Below, piece by piece: positions 13,192 to 30,190 of a DNA stretch of 64,000 nucleotides. How positions within the stretch are numbered: the stretch's first letter is position 1; each line of letters starts with the position of its first letter. The position numbers and the translations under genes were made by a program. The stretch is taken from positions 73,470,001-73,534,000 of the forward strand of contig OX597828.1 in assembly GCA_951406725.2 (NCBI GenBank), given 5' to 3'. Under the pieces are notes generated by a model. That model did no database searches. It was not told where the DNA came from and saw nothing but the letters and a program-made list of their open reading frames with translations. The stretch comes from Octopus vulgaris (taxonomy: Eukaryota).

Positions 13192-13505
13192 TGTCTGTGT
13201 GTCTGTGTATATGTTTGTGTGTGCATCTAAACATATACTTGTGTATATCTATCTTTGGGTATGTGTGTGTTCGTACAGCGCATTTAATTTGTCTTAAGTA
13301 CTTCCCACCTGGTTCACGACAGGTAAAAATGCAGGTATTATTATAAAATGGAGGAATCATATTTCAGTTTTATTTTCCAATTTTCTTATATCAAAGCGCA
13401 ATTATACCAGACGCAGCTGACACATATGTTGGTTGGCTGCAATCTAATGTTTCTTTGAGCAAAAAGCACATACACACGATGTGTGTATATACATACATAC
13501 ATACA

Positions 13506-13538
<33 letters not shown>

Positions 13539-13584
13539 GTATATATATATATATATGCTTTTGTGTTTTCTTGTTTGGATTAAC

Positions 13585-13623
<39 letters not shown>

Positions 13624-13651
13624 AAAACTTATACAGATAGACATATTTATA

Positions 13652-15713
<2,062 letters not shown>

Positions 15714-15968
15714 AGATAGATAGATAGATAGATAGATAGATATACATGTATAAATATATATGCACATAGATAGTTTTGTATGTGTATTTGTGTGAACGGA
15801 AGACTTTCATTTTCCTTTCCAAAAATATATATCTAAACGATTGAAGAAATGCGGGTTATATATATATATTAGCTGCATTCAGTGATATCTCGTGTATTCA
15901 TGAATTTTCAAGGCGATATCACAGCATGACCGCAATCCAATGACAGAATCAAGTAAAAGATGAAAGAT

Positions 15969-16011
<43 letters not shown>

Positions 16012-16104
16012 TGCATATTGAGACTGTAAAACTACGGTTAATCACAACTTTATAATAAAGTTCCCATCCGTTCCACTCTTATGTATATATATATACATAT
16101 ATAT

Positions 16105-16223
<119 letters not shown>

Positions 16224-16342
16224 CGTGTGTGTGTTTGTGTTAATAATATGATGACAACAAAAGAATGGATGAGGCCTCGATATTATGTAAAATAGAAGAA
16301 TTTATCTATAAATATTATATGTGTCAATTAGTTGGTCGTCAT

Positions 16343-16403
16343 AATAAAACTCTGAGTTTTGGATAACAGGGTTGAAGTCTGCTCCGGCATCTCATCAGTT
16401 ATT
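16343..16403 (-). ncRNA. decayed hammerhead-like motif (same family as 3006-3066)
   Basis: AATAA-CTGATGA-GATGCCGGAG...TATCC-AAAA(for GAAA)-CTCAGAG-TT-TTATT. Confidence 0.5.
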
Positions 16404-17202
16404 AAAACAAACAAAACCGCTATGAAAAACCGTTGAATAAATTGAAATTACTCCAATAGGCGTGGGGAAGCTAAAACTTCGTTCATAGAATCCGCATATG
16501 CACACATATATGCTCACACATTCACGTACGCGCACACACACATGTGTGTATATATATATATGTATGCATAATCACACACACGAGCACATATACATACAAA
16601 CACACACATATACATACATACGTCTACGCATACACGCACATAAATACATATATACCCATGCACGCGTCACTACGCTCATATACACATCTCTACACGAACG
16701 TACATAAGCGGATATACAAAACATAGTTTATACGCACATGCATTTACATACGCGGATGCACGTATATACAAACAAAAACACATACGCAAAACCGTATAAC
16801 TTTCGCATTCGCCGCATAACTTGAATATACAAAGGATTTAAAAGAAGGCTTTCCATCTCATACGCTTAATAAGGTCTGTCATTTCTCCAAAAGTTTCTTA
16901 GACTATAGTTCCCTGGATGGCATAGGTATGTTTTTCATAGAATAATCGATGTTGTAGGCGTCCATACTGAATTCTTCTGCGGAGCAGAGTCCTCAACTCT
17001 ATGTATATGTTCTGAAATCTATTCACAGCCTTGGATTTTGTCAATTTTAATATATATGCATGCTAATACATAACCCACTTGGGATTCCTCATTCTTATCA
17101 CGATTGAACCTGGAGCTTAACTATGTATGGCTTGTCCTTGGCACCTACTCAGCGTTACCTGACACCTTTGGATCGTCTTGACAGCATTACCTCTCATAAC
17201 TT

Positions 17203-17263
<61 letters not shown>

Positions 17264-17418
17264 TATATATACAAGAGAGAGGGTACGTACGTCGCTATAT
17301 ATGTGACCGTTCTCAACGAAAAACATTTTGATAGCCATCAGATGAGCTTAGTTACTGAAGATCGTCCCGTGGTTTTTTGTGTCGTCATCAAAATGTTTTG
17401 TGTTCTTGTCCCAGTTTG

Positions 17419-17910
<492 letters not shown>

Positions 17911-17978
17911 AAGAGAGAGAGATAGATAGATAGATATACATATCCCAAACATACAGCTCCGCGAAAAAGAGCACAAGA

Positions 17979-18050
17979 AAACGGAAACCGAAATGGTATG
18001 GCCATGTAACAACATCTTCTAGATTTGCGAAAACAATTCTACAAGGAACA
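17979..18050 (+). mobile_element. RTE/BovB-like LINE fragment
   Basis: Translates to KRKPKWYGHVTTSSRFAKTILQGT. Confidence 0.6.
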
Positions 18051-18248
18051 TATCAATTGATATAAGAATTGAAACAGGAACCCACCGTTTCCATATCAAA
18101 TGACAAAATAAACCAGATTTTTCTATTTACGATATAATTGTTATGACGCTGTGAATCGAAGCGTGGACCACTAAACCATAATACAATGTTTTGACGACAG
18201 AATGTTTGCGACCACTTTATGGTAATTATATTAGCTGCGTTTTGTTAC

Positions 18249-18291
<43 letters not shown>

Positions 18292-18412
18292 GATGTTGGT
18301 GGTGGTGGTGGTGGCAGTTGTTGTTATGGTACGAGGTTGTTAGTGGTTTCGCTTCATAACAAACACATGAAAGAGAAACAAGATGCCTCTTTTAACCTGG
18401 TGATGCTATGTT

Positions 18413-18452
<40 letters not shown>

Positions 18453-19200
18453 GTAGTGGGAGATAGAGATAGATAGAAAGATAGATTGATAGAGAGAGAG
18501 AGAGAGAAAGAGAGAGAGATAGAAGTACATGATGCAGGTTAAAGGTCAAAAGATGAAAAAAGGTCATGAAAGTCAGTTAAAACTTCTTTTTATAGATATC
18601 TTCATTTTATAAATCACATATATTAATAAACACACACACACACACACACAAAACACACATGAAGGATATTGTGTGTGCGGGAGTGTATGTGTGTGTGTGT
18701 GTGTGTGTGTGTTCTGTGACCTATGCTTGCGTATATGTATTCATAAATGCGCTCATCCGTTTTTATGTATCATAGCTTCATCTTGGTTTTGCCGTTTTAT
18801 AATCTAGGTCATCTTTATCATCGTCAACATCGTCGCCGTCGTGACCATCATCCTCATCATCCATCCATCCATCCATCCATTCATCATTCCTTCATCACCA
18901 CCCGTTACTCTATGCTGCAACTATTCTGTTGTTACTGTTGTTGTTGCTGTTAATATTGAAGATAAAGGCGATCGTGTTTTCGTTATTAATAAGCAACAAG
19001 ACATACATATATATATACAAGTCTGTGTCGGGCAAACACCGTGTTGATTTACGTCACTCTCGAACGGGAAACTTAATTTAGATAATGATGATAATGAGTA
19101 GGGGAACGATGACAACGATGATGACGATGATAGCGATGACGACGACGACGGTGGTGGTGGTGGTGGTGGTAGTGGTGGCGACGGCAATATTCAGAATAAA

Positions 19201-19811
19201 AGGCGGCGAGGTGGCAGAAATGTTAGCACGCCGGGCGAAATGCTTAGCGGTATTTCGTCTGCGTTACGTTGTGAGTTCAAATTCCGCCGAGGTCGACTTT
19301 CATCCTTTCGAGGTCGATAAATTAAGTACCAGTTACGCACTGGGGTCGATGTAATCGACTTAATACCTATGTCTGTCTTTGTTTGTCTCCTCTGTGTTTA
19401 GCCCCTTGTGGGTAATAAAGAAATAGGTATTAGGTCTGCTGTTACGTTCTGAGTTCAAATTCCGCCTTTCATCCTTTCGGGATCGATAAATTAAGTACCA
19501 GTTGTGTAATGGGGTTGATGTAATCGACTTAATACCTTTGTGTATCCTTGTTTGTCCCCTCTATGTTTAGCCCCTTGTGGGCAATAAAAAAATAAGAAAT
19601 GGTAGCACGCCTGGCGAAGTGCTTAGCGGTATTTCTTCTGCCGTTACGTTCTGAGTTCAAATTCCACCAAGGTTGACTTTGCCTTTCATCCTTTCGAGGT
19701 CGATTAAATAAGTACCAGTTACGCACTGGAGTCGTTGTTATCAACTTAATCCCTTTGTCTCTCCTTGTTTGTCCCCTCTATGTTTAGCACCTGGTGGGCA
19801 ATAAAGAAATA
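19201..19811 (+). mobile_element. SINE family 1 tandem trimer
   Basis: Three successive units, each ending ...GTGGG(T/C)AATAAA(G/A)AAATA. Junctions at 19426 and ~19594. Confidence 0.85.
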
Positions 19812-19899
19812 AGATATTCTGAGCAAAAAGAAACGAAGCTCCAACGCTTCTGATATATTCTTAGAATCTTGAGAATCCTGTTTATACGATCTGTTGTTT

Positions 19900-20118
19900 G
19901 CAACAAAGGTTGGCACAAAGCGGTCAGTATTTCAGGCAGAAGAAGTAAGTCGATTCAACAGATTGCAGGAGTTGCTGGTACTTTATTTTATCGATCCTGA
20001 AAGGATGAAAGTAAAAGACCATCTCGGCAGTTTTTAACCTCAGAACATAAGAAAGTGGGTGGAAGGACGTTTAAGATTTTGTCCAGTGTACTAACGATTT
20101 GCCAGCTAGCCACCGCTT
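19900..20118 (-). mobile_element. old degenerate SINE (family 1-related core)
   Basis: CTGGTACTTTATTTTATCGATCCTGAAAGGATGAAAG core, with head remnant TGCCAGCTAGCCACC. Confidence 0.6.
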
Positions 20119-20710
20119 GGTTGCTTGGAATGACAGCTGAATATACAGTGACACCTTGACAACATACAACTGGATGATCACAGAAGGAGTGTCACGGATA
20201 AAGCCACTTCGTTTAGGTCATATATATACTAGGATATCAAATAAATTCGTTCCTTTCTGTTCACTTGTTTTAGTCCTTATTTTCCATCAACAAATTTTAT
20301 TAAAAAGTTAATTGTATATCTTTCTTCATTGTCGACCCTTGCCAACATACGACTAGCTTGTTTACGCCTTGACATTAGAACCCTCGCAACCGTGCTCCGG
20401 AATAGCATTTTTGATCCAACTAGCAACTGTGGGGCGAATGTTGTTGCGTTGAAAAAGCACACTGTGTTGCTGGAGGGGTCATTTCAGCTGGATTGCACAG
20501 CGAGTGAAGCTGACGGGCGACGGTACCACGTGAACATTTCAACTTCCTGGCCAATTCCTTGTTAGATTAGAGCGGATCCTCGCGTATGAGTACGTTCAAT
20601 CGATCTTCGATGAAGTGAACAAGTCGGCCAGGAGTGGAAAGACTGCGAAGTCGAATTTTCCCTTACGGTGCAGCACAAAACATTTCTGAATAGAAATATA
20701 CATACATACA

Positions 20711-20754
<44 letters not shown>

Positions 20755-20944
20755 TATATATTATAAAGTAAAAATAGAAATAGAAATATATAAAAATAAA
20801 TATAAAAGTAAAAAATCTGATAAAACCATGATATATATATGTATAGAGGTATATATATTTAGTTGTAGAATTGTCATATATAAATCAACAGTACTTAATG
20901 CGTTGTAAATCAGAGCTGATGAGCATTTAATCTGGTTCCTTGAA

Positions 20945-21016
<72 letters not shown>

Positions 21017-21024
21017 TATATTTA

Positions 21025-21068
<44 letters not shown>

Positions 21069-21316
21069 TATACATATATAATATATATATATATGTATAT
21101 AACTTATAAACAAGGGCAAAAGAAAAAAATACTAATGCCAAATATGCCGAAAATAGACTAAATCGTCAATAACCTTTATAATTCCTCACTATAAGCACGC
21201 GTCTCAAAGGAAGCCGACAGAAATTTTTAAAAAGTTTAACCTTTAAAGGTATTTTTTAATATGCTGGCCATTGATACAATTTTTTTTTTTCGAAAAATTT
21301 TATCCTATATTAGATG

Positions 21317-21410
<94 letters not shown>

Positions 21411-21436
21411 TAAGAAAAGGTAGTGAACAAGTTACG

Positions 21437-21625
21437 AAAGACCAATGTAATCTATAAATTCTGAATACAAAAATGAAAATTGAAAACTTCATGGCTCTTG
21501 CTGCTACATTGGGCATACTAATTCAAAACACTCTCGTACCGTTCCTATGCATTTACAATGAACAATCGCCATGTTCTATACCATATATTACAAAGCAAAG
21601 AAAAATACTAGAGGATATTGAACTT
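21437..21625 (+). mobile_element. Penelope-like GIY-YIG fragment (decayed) between (TA)n tracts
   Basis: AAGACCAATGTAATCTATAAATTC = KTNVIYKF, followed by TGCTACATTGGGCATACT = CYIGHT. Confidence 0.55.
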
Positions 21626-22214
21626 AGCTCAGTATTATTTACTATCTTCTACATTAGATTTCAAAATTTAATATAATATTCTGATTAAATTTCGACCGCT
21701 CTTTACAAATATATATATATATATATATACTTATGTGCCTACATACATATATACATATATGCATATATATATAATTCTTCATTTTCTATTTATTAACAAA
21801 AGTTTTGTAAATCCCATATTTATGCTCTCCCCACATCCTCGTCCACTGCCCTCTCACCTTTCAGTCCTTCTTCTTTATCGATCACTTTATATATTTGCCA
21901 GGTGTTTTCCCCCACCTCAATCAATTCTAATCTTGCCAAAGACACATCTGGTCAGGATTTCAAATGAAGTGAATAACTGCCATTTTACAATTAATTCTCG
22001 TGAGTATCTTTTAGTGGCGAGGTTAAAAGTATTGAAGCTGCTTGGAATTTAGACGTATGGAATAACAAGCTTTTTGGAATCCCCACAGAGTAAACGCTAA
22101 TTACGAGCCAGAACTTCAGTTAAATAAAACTATTAACCGTTAATCATATTCTACAAAGTTAACATTTACATTTGAAAATATAATTCAAAGACATACAAAT
22201 ACAAACAAACAATA

Positions 22215-22230
22215 ATAGATAGAAAGATAA

Positions 22231-22316
<86 letters not shown>

Positions 22317-22320
22317 TAAC

Positions 22321-22363
<43 letters not shown>

Positions 22364-22369
22364 GAGAGG

Positions 22370-22459
<90 letters not shown>

Positions 22460-22529
22460 ATAGATAGAATAGATAGAAGATAGATAGATAGATAGATAGA
22501 TACATACATACATACATACATACATACAT

Positions 22530-22579
<50 letters not shown>

Positions 22580-22589
22580 ACAAACAAAC

Positions 22590-22679
<90 letters not shown>

Positions 22680-22785
22680 AAAGATAGATAGATAGATGAT
22701 AGATAAATGGATGGATAGATAGATGGATGGATAAGTCAGATAGAATGATAGATTGATAAATAAATAGATAGAAAGATAGATAGAT
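22215..22785. repeat. compound (GATA)n/(CATA)n microsatellite
   Basis: Directly visible. Confidence 0.95.
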
Positions 22786-22829
22786 ATTATACAAGTAAAT
22801 TATATATGTCTATGTTAATGTGCATATGA

Positions 22830-22909
<80 letters not shown>

Positions 22910-23391
22910 TATATCATATATCATATATATATATGTGTGTGTATTTGTGTTTTAACTTTATGTTTATATTGTGTGTTCTTTAATCTCTGTTGTTGTTGTT
23001 GGTGTTGTTGCTAGTGCAGTTGGTTGATGGCGACGGTGCTGTTCGATCTGATCCACTATGGTGGAAAATTCAGCTAAATAATTGAATAATTTTTCCATAA
23101 AAAAAGGATGTGTTTGAGAGTTCACAGATGTTTTTTGGTTAGAGGGTATTCTTAATAGAAGAGTGAAATGGAACATCATCGACTCTAAAGCACAAACACA
23201 CGCACGCACGCACTTGCATGCAGGTATACAGAAATGCACACACAACAGAGACACACACATACACATATTATATATATTTATGTATGTATGCATGTATGTA
23301 TATCAACATATGTATATATATATGAATGTATATATGCATATGTGTACATATATATACACAGACGCACACACATAAACAAATATATGTATGT

Positions 23392-23437
<46 letters not shown>

Positions 23438-23440
<3 letters not shown>

Positions 23441-23601
23441 CGCAGGATTGGCTGTGTGGTAAATAGCTTGCTTACCAACCGCATTGTTCCGAGTTCAGTC
23501 CCACTATGTGGCACCTTGGGCAAGTGTCTCCTACTGTAGCCTCGGGCCGAACAAGGCCATCTGAGTGGATTTGGTAGACGGAAACTGAAAGAAGCCCATC
23601 G

Positions 23602-23602
<1 letters not shown>
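23438..23602 (+). mobile_element. tRNA-derived SINE (family 3, CORE-like CCTTGGGCAAGT)
   Basis: GGCGCAGGATTGGCTGTGTGGTAA...GAGTTCAGTCCC...CACCTTGGGCAAGTGTC...GGTAGACGGAAACTGAAAGAAGCCC, in (TA)n. Confidence 0.8.
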
Positions 23603-23635
<33 letters not shown>

Positions 23636-23694
23636 TCTACATACACAGATACACATATCTACATACACAGATACACACATATACATATCCATTC

Positions 23695-23729
<35 letters not shown>

Positions 23730-23888
23730 CATATATATACTTATATATATGCACGCACCCCTGCATGCTCTCGCAAGCACATGTACATTCACACAAACAC
23801 ATACACACTCAATCCAACACTACTACTCTCGCCCAAAAACGTACTCACGTAAGCCTATAATCACATAGACAATGTGTGTGTATGTGTG

Positions 23889-23933
<45 letters not shown>

Positions 23934-24291
23934 TATTGATTAATAAAGTCGGAAGTAAAATCATATTTTCGAAAAGATACAACGTCGTCACCATCATAAC
24001 GTTGCTAAGCAACAATGATTCTAACAAAAGTTATATATCTCTCATTTCTGACTTAGCAATTCTCTTGTTGATATCGTCATCGTTGCTATTGTCATTTAGC
24101 CCAAGGTCAATCCTTACTAGGGAGAGTCATAATCAACGACATTCTAATATTGTATCATCTAAAATGTCCTTCCTTTTTCTAGACAGTAGGCTGCGTTTTC
24201 TAGCCGAACAGATGACCACAGTTTAGACCAGATAAAGTTGACCTATTTTCAAAGTTATTCCAACCGTAACTATCTCGACACTCATTTTGAC

Positions 24292-24619
24292 CAGCCGTTC
24301 TCAACCAGTGTCCACATAACACTTGGGGGTTCATATATGATTTTGCAGATAAAAATTATGAGTATTAGATTGGTTTTACTTCCAAAATGTAAAAAATATT
24401 TTAACGATATTATTATACGGTGCCCCAGCATAGCCACAGCTCATTAGCTGAAACTAGTAAAATCAAAATCAAAAATCATACAATCCCCAATAACATTTAA
24501 ATCTTAAAATACAATGGGATATTTTTTGAACAGCGAATGTCTATAGGGGTCCTTCATCCAAGTGAAATATGAATCGCTGGTGGCGGGTGCCAAAAGCCCA
24601 AAATGGTTCAGAACCACTG
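24292..24619. mobile_element. hAT-Charlie-like MITE
   Basis: TIRs CAGCCGTTCTCAACCA and TGGTTCAGAACCACTG. Confidence 0.6.
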
Positions 24620-24884
24620 ATGTAGGCAGTAAAGGTAGAATTATATGTAACGTATCTCTCCTTTTTTTTTTTTATTTAACACCGAGTTATCTCTGAGAGT
24701 GTGACGGAGACGGTGAGCAGTTCTTTTTCACGTTATACATCGCCGCGTGCTCACTAGTTCTTTTTAAGGATATCGAGATAATCTTTGTCTCTCCGACTGA
24801 CGCACATTTATCGTTGATCCAGTGTGGCATACGACCTTAGAAGGCCCCAATCGCCACCATCGCGTCTTCTTTCCATCCATCTTA

Positions 24885-25090
24885 TCCTTTTTACTCTTTG
24901 CACTTGCTTCAGGCATTAGACTGCAGCCAGGCTGGGGAATCGCCTACAAAGGATTAGTCGAACAAATCAACCCCAGTGATTATTTTGTTAAGACTGGCAA
25001 TTGTTTCGTAAGCCTCTTTTATTGTCGAACCACAAAGTTACGGGGACGTAAACATACCAACAGCGATTATCATGCGGTGTTGAGGAACAC
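24885..25090 (+). mobile_element. dispersed SINE-like repeat (family 4), degenerate
   Basis: TTAGACTGCAGCCAGGCTGGGG...GAACAAATCAACCCCAGT. Related sequence in opposite orientation at ~30520-30715. Confidence 0.55.
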
Positions 25091-25129
25091 ACATATACAA
25101 AGACATGCACATAGGTATATACCTGTATA

Positions 25130-25293
25130 GAATGGGCATCTTTCAATTTTTGTCTAACAGACCCACCCGCAAGGCTTTGGTCGGTCCAGGGCTGTGGTAG
25201 AAGACATTTACCCAAAATGCTGCGCAGTGGGACTGATCTCGGAACCATGGGGCTGGAGAGAAAGCTTCTTACCACACAACCACGCCCTTGCCT
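25130..25293 (-). mobile_element. SINE family 3, degenerate
   Basis: Reverse-complement similarity to 23438-23602. A further + copy lies at ~25752-25905. Confidence 0.65.
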
Positions 25294-26909
25294 ACGTAGA
25301 AGTACATTGCCTAATGTATCTCTCCTTGATGTTTAACACAAGATAATCCCTTATTCAGCAGACTTACGACTGTTCCAGCCGTGACAATCTCCCTTCTTTT
25401 TATGTATGCTGTATGTAGCTATACGGTATACAACGTGACTGTTGTTATTTTTAACCCCAATCGGCCCTTAAGTCGGCAACCCTATGACCACAGACATCTA
25501 TCCAAATCATCTCATCTACATCAGTAGACGTCACAGTCTACCTTGAACTGCAGTATCTCATGTGTCCTTATCTTTTTAAAAATCAAGTGAGTCAAGTCAT
25601 TCATGAGGCTTAGCTGCTATGTCTAGCAGATAGACTGATCTCATATTCAAATACACAGACATAAGACGGATGGCAATCCTGGTAGGACCAGCCGTTCAAT
25701 TTGTGCCACTTACAAGCACTTTATTTTTATTTATTGATATTTATATAGACACGGAGGCGGAGCTGTGTGACTAAGATGTTCGCGCATTTCAGTTGTTTTG
25801 GGTCCTGTCCCGCAAAGCGGTACCTAGGGTAATTGTCTTCTACCATAGTTCCGAATGTCTTGTGTGTGAATTTGGTAGACTGAAACCGCGCAGAAGCACG
25901 TCGTATTTGTGCCACCGGCGGGGAAGAGACAGCGTTGGGTGGAATTGTGCCGCCAACGGTTGAATTGACTACCTCGAACCCGGAGGAAGATGAAGTATTA
26001 GCCCTCTACAGAGGCGGAGAGGTAGAAAAGGTGGTGGAAAAGCACCATAAGAGAGTACCTTTAACTTTCACACAGGATCCTGAATGGCCTCCGCAGATAG
26101 CTGTGGAGGTCATAACGTTGCCGGTGACGTACAGACTGCAGGGACTCAATGAGGAATATCGCTTGTGGCCAGACGACGCCGGCTCTGATTTCGCTTTGGT
26201 CTGAGTGAGGCGTGGGTGATGGCGGAGTATACGGGCACAAGCGATGTTGGGGAGAAATAGTGACGAGAGGTTGGAAAGCCTCAGTGTTACAATGTTTATT
26301 GTATGTTATTGTGCTTAAGAGGCTTAACGCCCCAATTTTTAAATGGATTATGAGTTCAATAATTGTAAAACTAAAGTAAGAGGTTCAATACCTCGTTTCG
26401 TCTTTTTTCTGTGAAAAAAAGAAGAGAATAATGTTTTAGAGAAATGTCTTCTCCCATTAATATCATCCTTTTTTCATCATTCACCTCATCAATGCTTTTG
26501 TCCTTCTCGCAAGCTACTCTGTAATATGGGATTTTTAGGACATGCAGCTAGTATTTCTAGCAAACCACTCGACTACGTAGAGATTTCATTCCTGGTTCGT
26601 TGACAAAGATATCAGTGTCTTGGAGTTTGTACCATTCTAACAACTTCTCGTCCCCAAGACATCTGCTGCCTGATCACGTGTCACCTGCATCCAATCCTTT
26701 CCCATTCACCCGTCTCTCCTTTTGTGTCCAATCCATTTGTAGACACCTCTTCCCCATAAACACTTACCTGTAGTCCTTCCATCCCGGTAGAATTTCTTAC
26801 AAACTCTTTCTTGTCACTAAAACATCTCTTTCTGGAAAATGGTAATTTGCAAATCTCTCAAACAGCAACAACAGTACTGGTCACATATTAGAATAATAAT
26901 TATTATATA

Positions 26910-27320
26910 AGTTGGCGAACTGGCAGAAACGTTAGCACACCGGGCGAAATGGGTAGCCGGATTTCATCTGCCGTTACGTTCTGAGTTCAAATTCCGCCGA
27001 ATCGACTTTGCCTTTCATCCTTTCGGGGTCGATAAATTAAGTACCAGTTACGCACTGGGGTCGATATAATCGACTTAACCCGTTTGTCTGTCCTTGTTTT
27101 TCTCTCTGCGTTTAGCCCCTTGTGGGTAGTAAAGAAATAGGTATTTCGTCTGCTGTTACGTTCTGAGTTCAAATTCCGCCGACGTCGACTTTTCCTTTTA
27201 TCCTCTTGGGGTCGATTAATTAAGTACCAGTCACGCACTGGGGTCGATGTAATCGACTTAATCCCTTTGTCTTTGTTTGTCCCCTCTATGTTTAGCCCCC
27301 TGTCGGCAATAATGAATAAA
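26910..27320 (+). mobile_element. SINE family 1 tandem dimer
   Basis: Two units joined at AAAGAAATA|GGTATTTCGTC (27140). Confidence 0.85.
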
Positions 27321-27519
27321 TAATAATTGTTTCTAACAGGTCCTGTAATTTGAAACATGGAGTTTGTCCATACCATCGACCCTAATACTTCTCTAGGTGG
27401 CATCAGAGGTTAAGATCACTTCAGTGGCACTTCAACCCAGAATGAGAAACCGAGAAGAAAAGCCAAAAAGAATTTTTCTGTCGGTTTAGCGATTCCGCCA
27501 GAATCACAACATTAAATAT

Positions 27520-27745
27520 ATTGGTTTCAAATTTTGGCACAAGGACAGCAAGTTTGGCGAGGCGGATGTGTATAAGTCGATAACGTCGACCCCGGTGCTT
27601 AACTGGTATTTATTTTATCAACCTCGAAAGGATGAAGGGCGCCCTTTCAGCCTTGATGGTATTTGAACTCAGAACGTAGAGACAGACGCAATGCCACTAA
27701 GCATTTTACCCTGCGTGTTAGCGATTCTGCCAGTTCGCCAACTGA
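27520..27745 (-). mobile_element. degenerate SINE (family 1-related)
   Basis: CTGGTATTTATTTTATCAACCTCGAAAGGATGAA...TTTGAACTCAGAACG. Similar old copies at ~28445-28650 (+) and ~34430-34645 (-). Confidence 0.65.
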
Positions 27746-29525
27746 TATTGGAATAATAATGAAGTAGCATTTTACACCCCGGAATTGTCGATGTCGTTTA
27801 TTGGATAAGAATTGCCATTGGACTATATTCCATGTTTCGATACTCTTCTGAGTTCAAATCCAGCATACGATGTTGTTTCATTTAATGATACCCTGGTCGA
27901 TAAATAAGTACCCATCCAGTGCGGTGAACTGGCGATATAGACAGAGCGCAGACGTAAATTGTTCCGGATTTTGCCGTTCTGTTTTCAAACTCTTACTTGT
28001 ACTCGGGTGACACACTGAATTAACCGTTTAATATTCGGGATGAGTGTTCAGTTTGAGGATAATCTCCCCTATTCAAATCGACTAAAGATCTCTCCAAGGC
28101 TTCATGAGAACAGCTCTTCTCCTCTCACTAAATCCGTGGCAGCAATCTTCTTTAATCACTGACTCTTTGATGGAATCGTTGAGAATTCATCAATTCACAT
28201 CATGTAAATTTCTAAATAAAATTTCGAAGTGTAATTAATAAATAATTTCTTGATTTAAAACTAATAATTTCGTCTTTCTTTTGTGTCATTACCGCATTTG
28301 AATATTTTAATGAAAATTCATGAAAATTTTTAACAATTTGATAAAAGACAATAAAATTTCAGTCATAGTCTATTGATATCATCAGAATATTTAATATGAA
28401 ATATGTCTTTGGTGTATAATAATTGATATTTCATAAGTCTTTAAAGCGGCGAGTTGGTAAAATCCTTAACACGCCGGTCAAAATGCTTAGCGGCATTCCA
28501 TCCATGTTTACTTTCTAAGTTCAAACGTCGCCAAGGTCAACTTTGCCTTTCAAGGTCGATAAAATAAATAGCGACCGAGCACTGAGGTCGAAGTAATCTA
28601 CTTACCGATTCTTTGACATTGCTGGCCTCGTGCCACCATTTGAGACCAATATTGCATCGGTATCTCACTGGAAATTAAAGAGGGAATCTTGCAGATTCGG
28701 TTCGCTAATAATTCAAGACATTTAATGCTTAAAATCGTTTCAAGTGATAATCGACCTCTTGGATAACCACATAGACTTCCAGCGGAACGAAATTGAGCCT
28801 TTTAGGCACCGACCCCACAACTAAACAATGAAAAAGGAAGAACAAGAGGGCGTATTTTTAATTGACTGAATGCAGTACGCACCAGAACGACATAACATTG
28901 AGGAGGTCCCAGCCAATCTCGCTATTATTGACATAACGACAGGTGCAATTTATTACGCGACTGAAAGCAGGAGAAATGGTGCATGATTACAGAATGTTTA
29001 GTTAGATTACACCGAAGCGATGATGTTTATTTCGGGACCGTCCTTGAAGTGTAATCTAAGTGTTAACACAAAATTTCTGTCTCACCTGTATATTTAACAA
29101 GTCATTTGATTAAAGATGAACTGAATACATAAGAAACTAAGATATTTTTGCACCTAAGTAACTTCTTTTTAAACAGAAGTTAATAAAAAATATCATAAAT
29201 AGAAACGAACGAAAAAACTTGACAATAGTAATTTGGTAATTTTAACGAAGTAATTAAATGATTACATTTTCTCACTTCAACTAAAATAATGAATAAAAAT
29301 CATTAAAAAAAACATTTTAACAAGAATAAATTTATGAAAAAGTCAAAGAAGTAGCTAATTTGGTCGAAATTTGAAACTATCAGCGTTAAATTAATTCCTT
29401 CGTGACTAGACAGGAAGAAACCTTTCGTTCTCTCTCCCTTTCTCTCTCTTGTTACTTTATCTATCTATCTATATATATATATGTGTGTGCGTGCGTCTGT
29501 GTCTGTGTGTACGTATGTGTGTGTG

Positions 29526-29564
<39 letters not shown>

Positions 29565-29910
29565 CTATCCTCACTCTGCTTCCTCTCTCTCCCTCTTTCT
29601 CACAAACACTCATACACACACGTATTCTCTCGTGAGCGAGGGAAATAATTATTATATAATGACGCAATACAATGGAGAGACATCCTGGCAAAAATCAATG
29701 TCCTCCATCTTGTTACTGTTTCTGTAAGAAGTATCTCGGGATTAAAATCTCTGTCAGCCGGACTCTCGGGTCTTCTGGACTCCTGTTCTGATACAAATAA
29801 CAGTTTATTGTAACAAATAGGCTTTCAGGTGTGAAACCCGGGCTGGATATTAGTAATGAAGATAGAAGCAGTAATAACAATCTCATGTAAGGCTGCTACT
29901 GCTGCTGCTG

Positions 29911-29977
<67 letters not shown>

Positions 29978-30092
29978 AACTACTACTACTACTACTACTT
30001 ATAATAATAATAATTATAATAACGGTGGTGCTGATATTGCTGCCTTTTAAGCTGGATTTAAAAACACAATTTTGTCATAAAGGATATACCTA

Positions 30093-30143
<51 letters not shown>

Positions 30144-30153
30144 CTATATATAC

Positions 30154-30190
<37 letters not shown>

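Noticed and set aside
20915-20945. CTGATGAG next to (TA)n
   Set aside because: No stem II closure or GAAA follows.
25935-26204. 89-aa GC-richer ORF
   Set aside because: Non-ATG start and no recognisable motif. It is possibly an unclassified TE fragment, but no call can be supported.
26762-26820. Minus-strand CAG|GTAAGT donor with a short open frame
   Set aside because: The upstream acceptor lacks a convincing polypyrimidine tract, and there is no homology.
29002-29059. 11-bp inverted repeat TTAGATTACAC/GTGTAATCTAA
   Set aside because: Too short and isolated, with no ribozyme core or pre-miRNA-like continuous stem.
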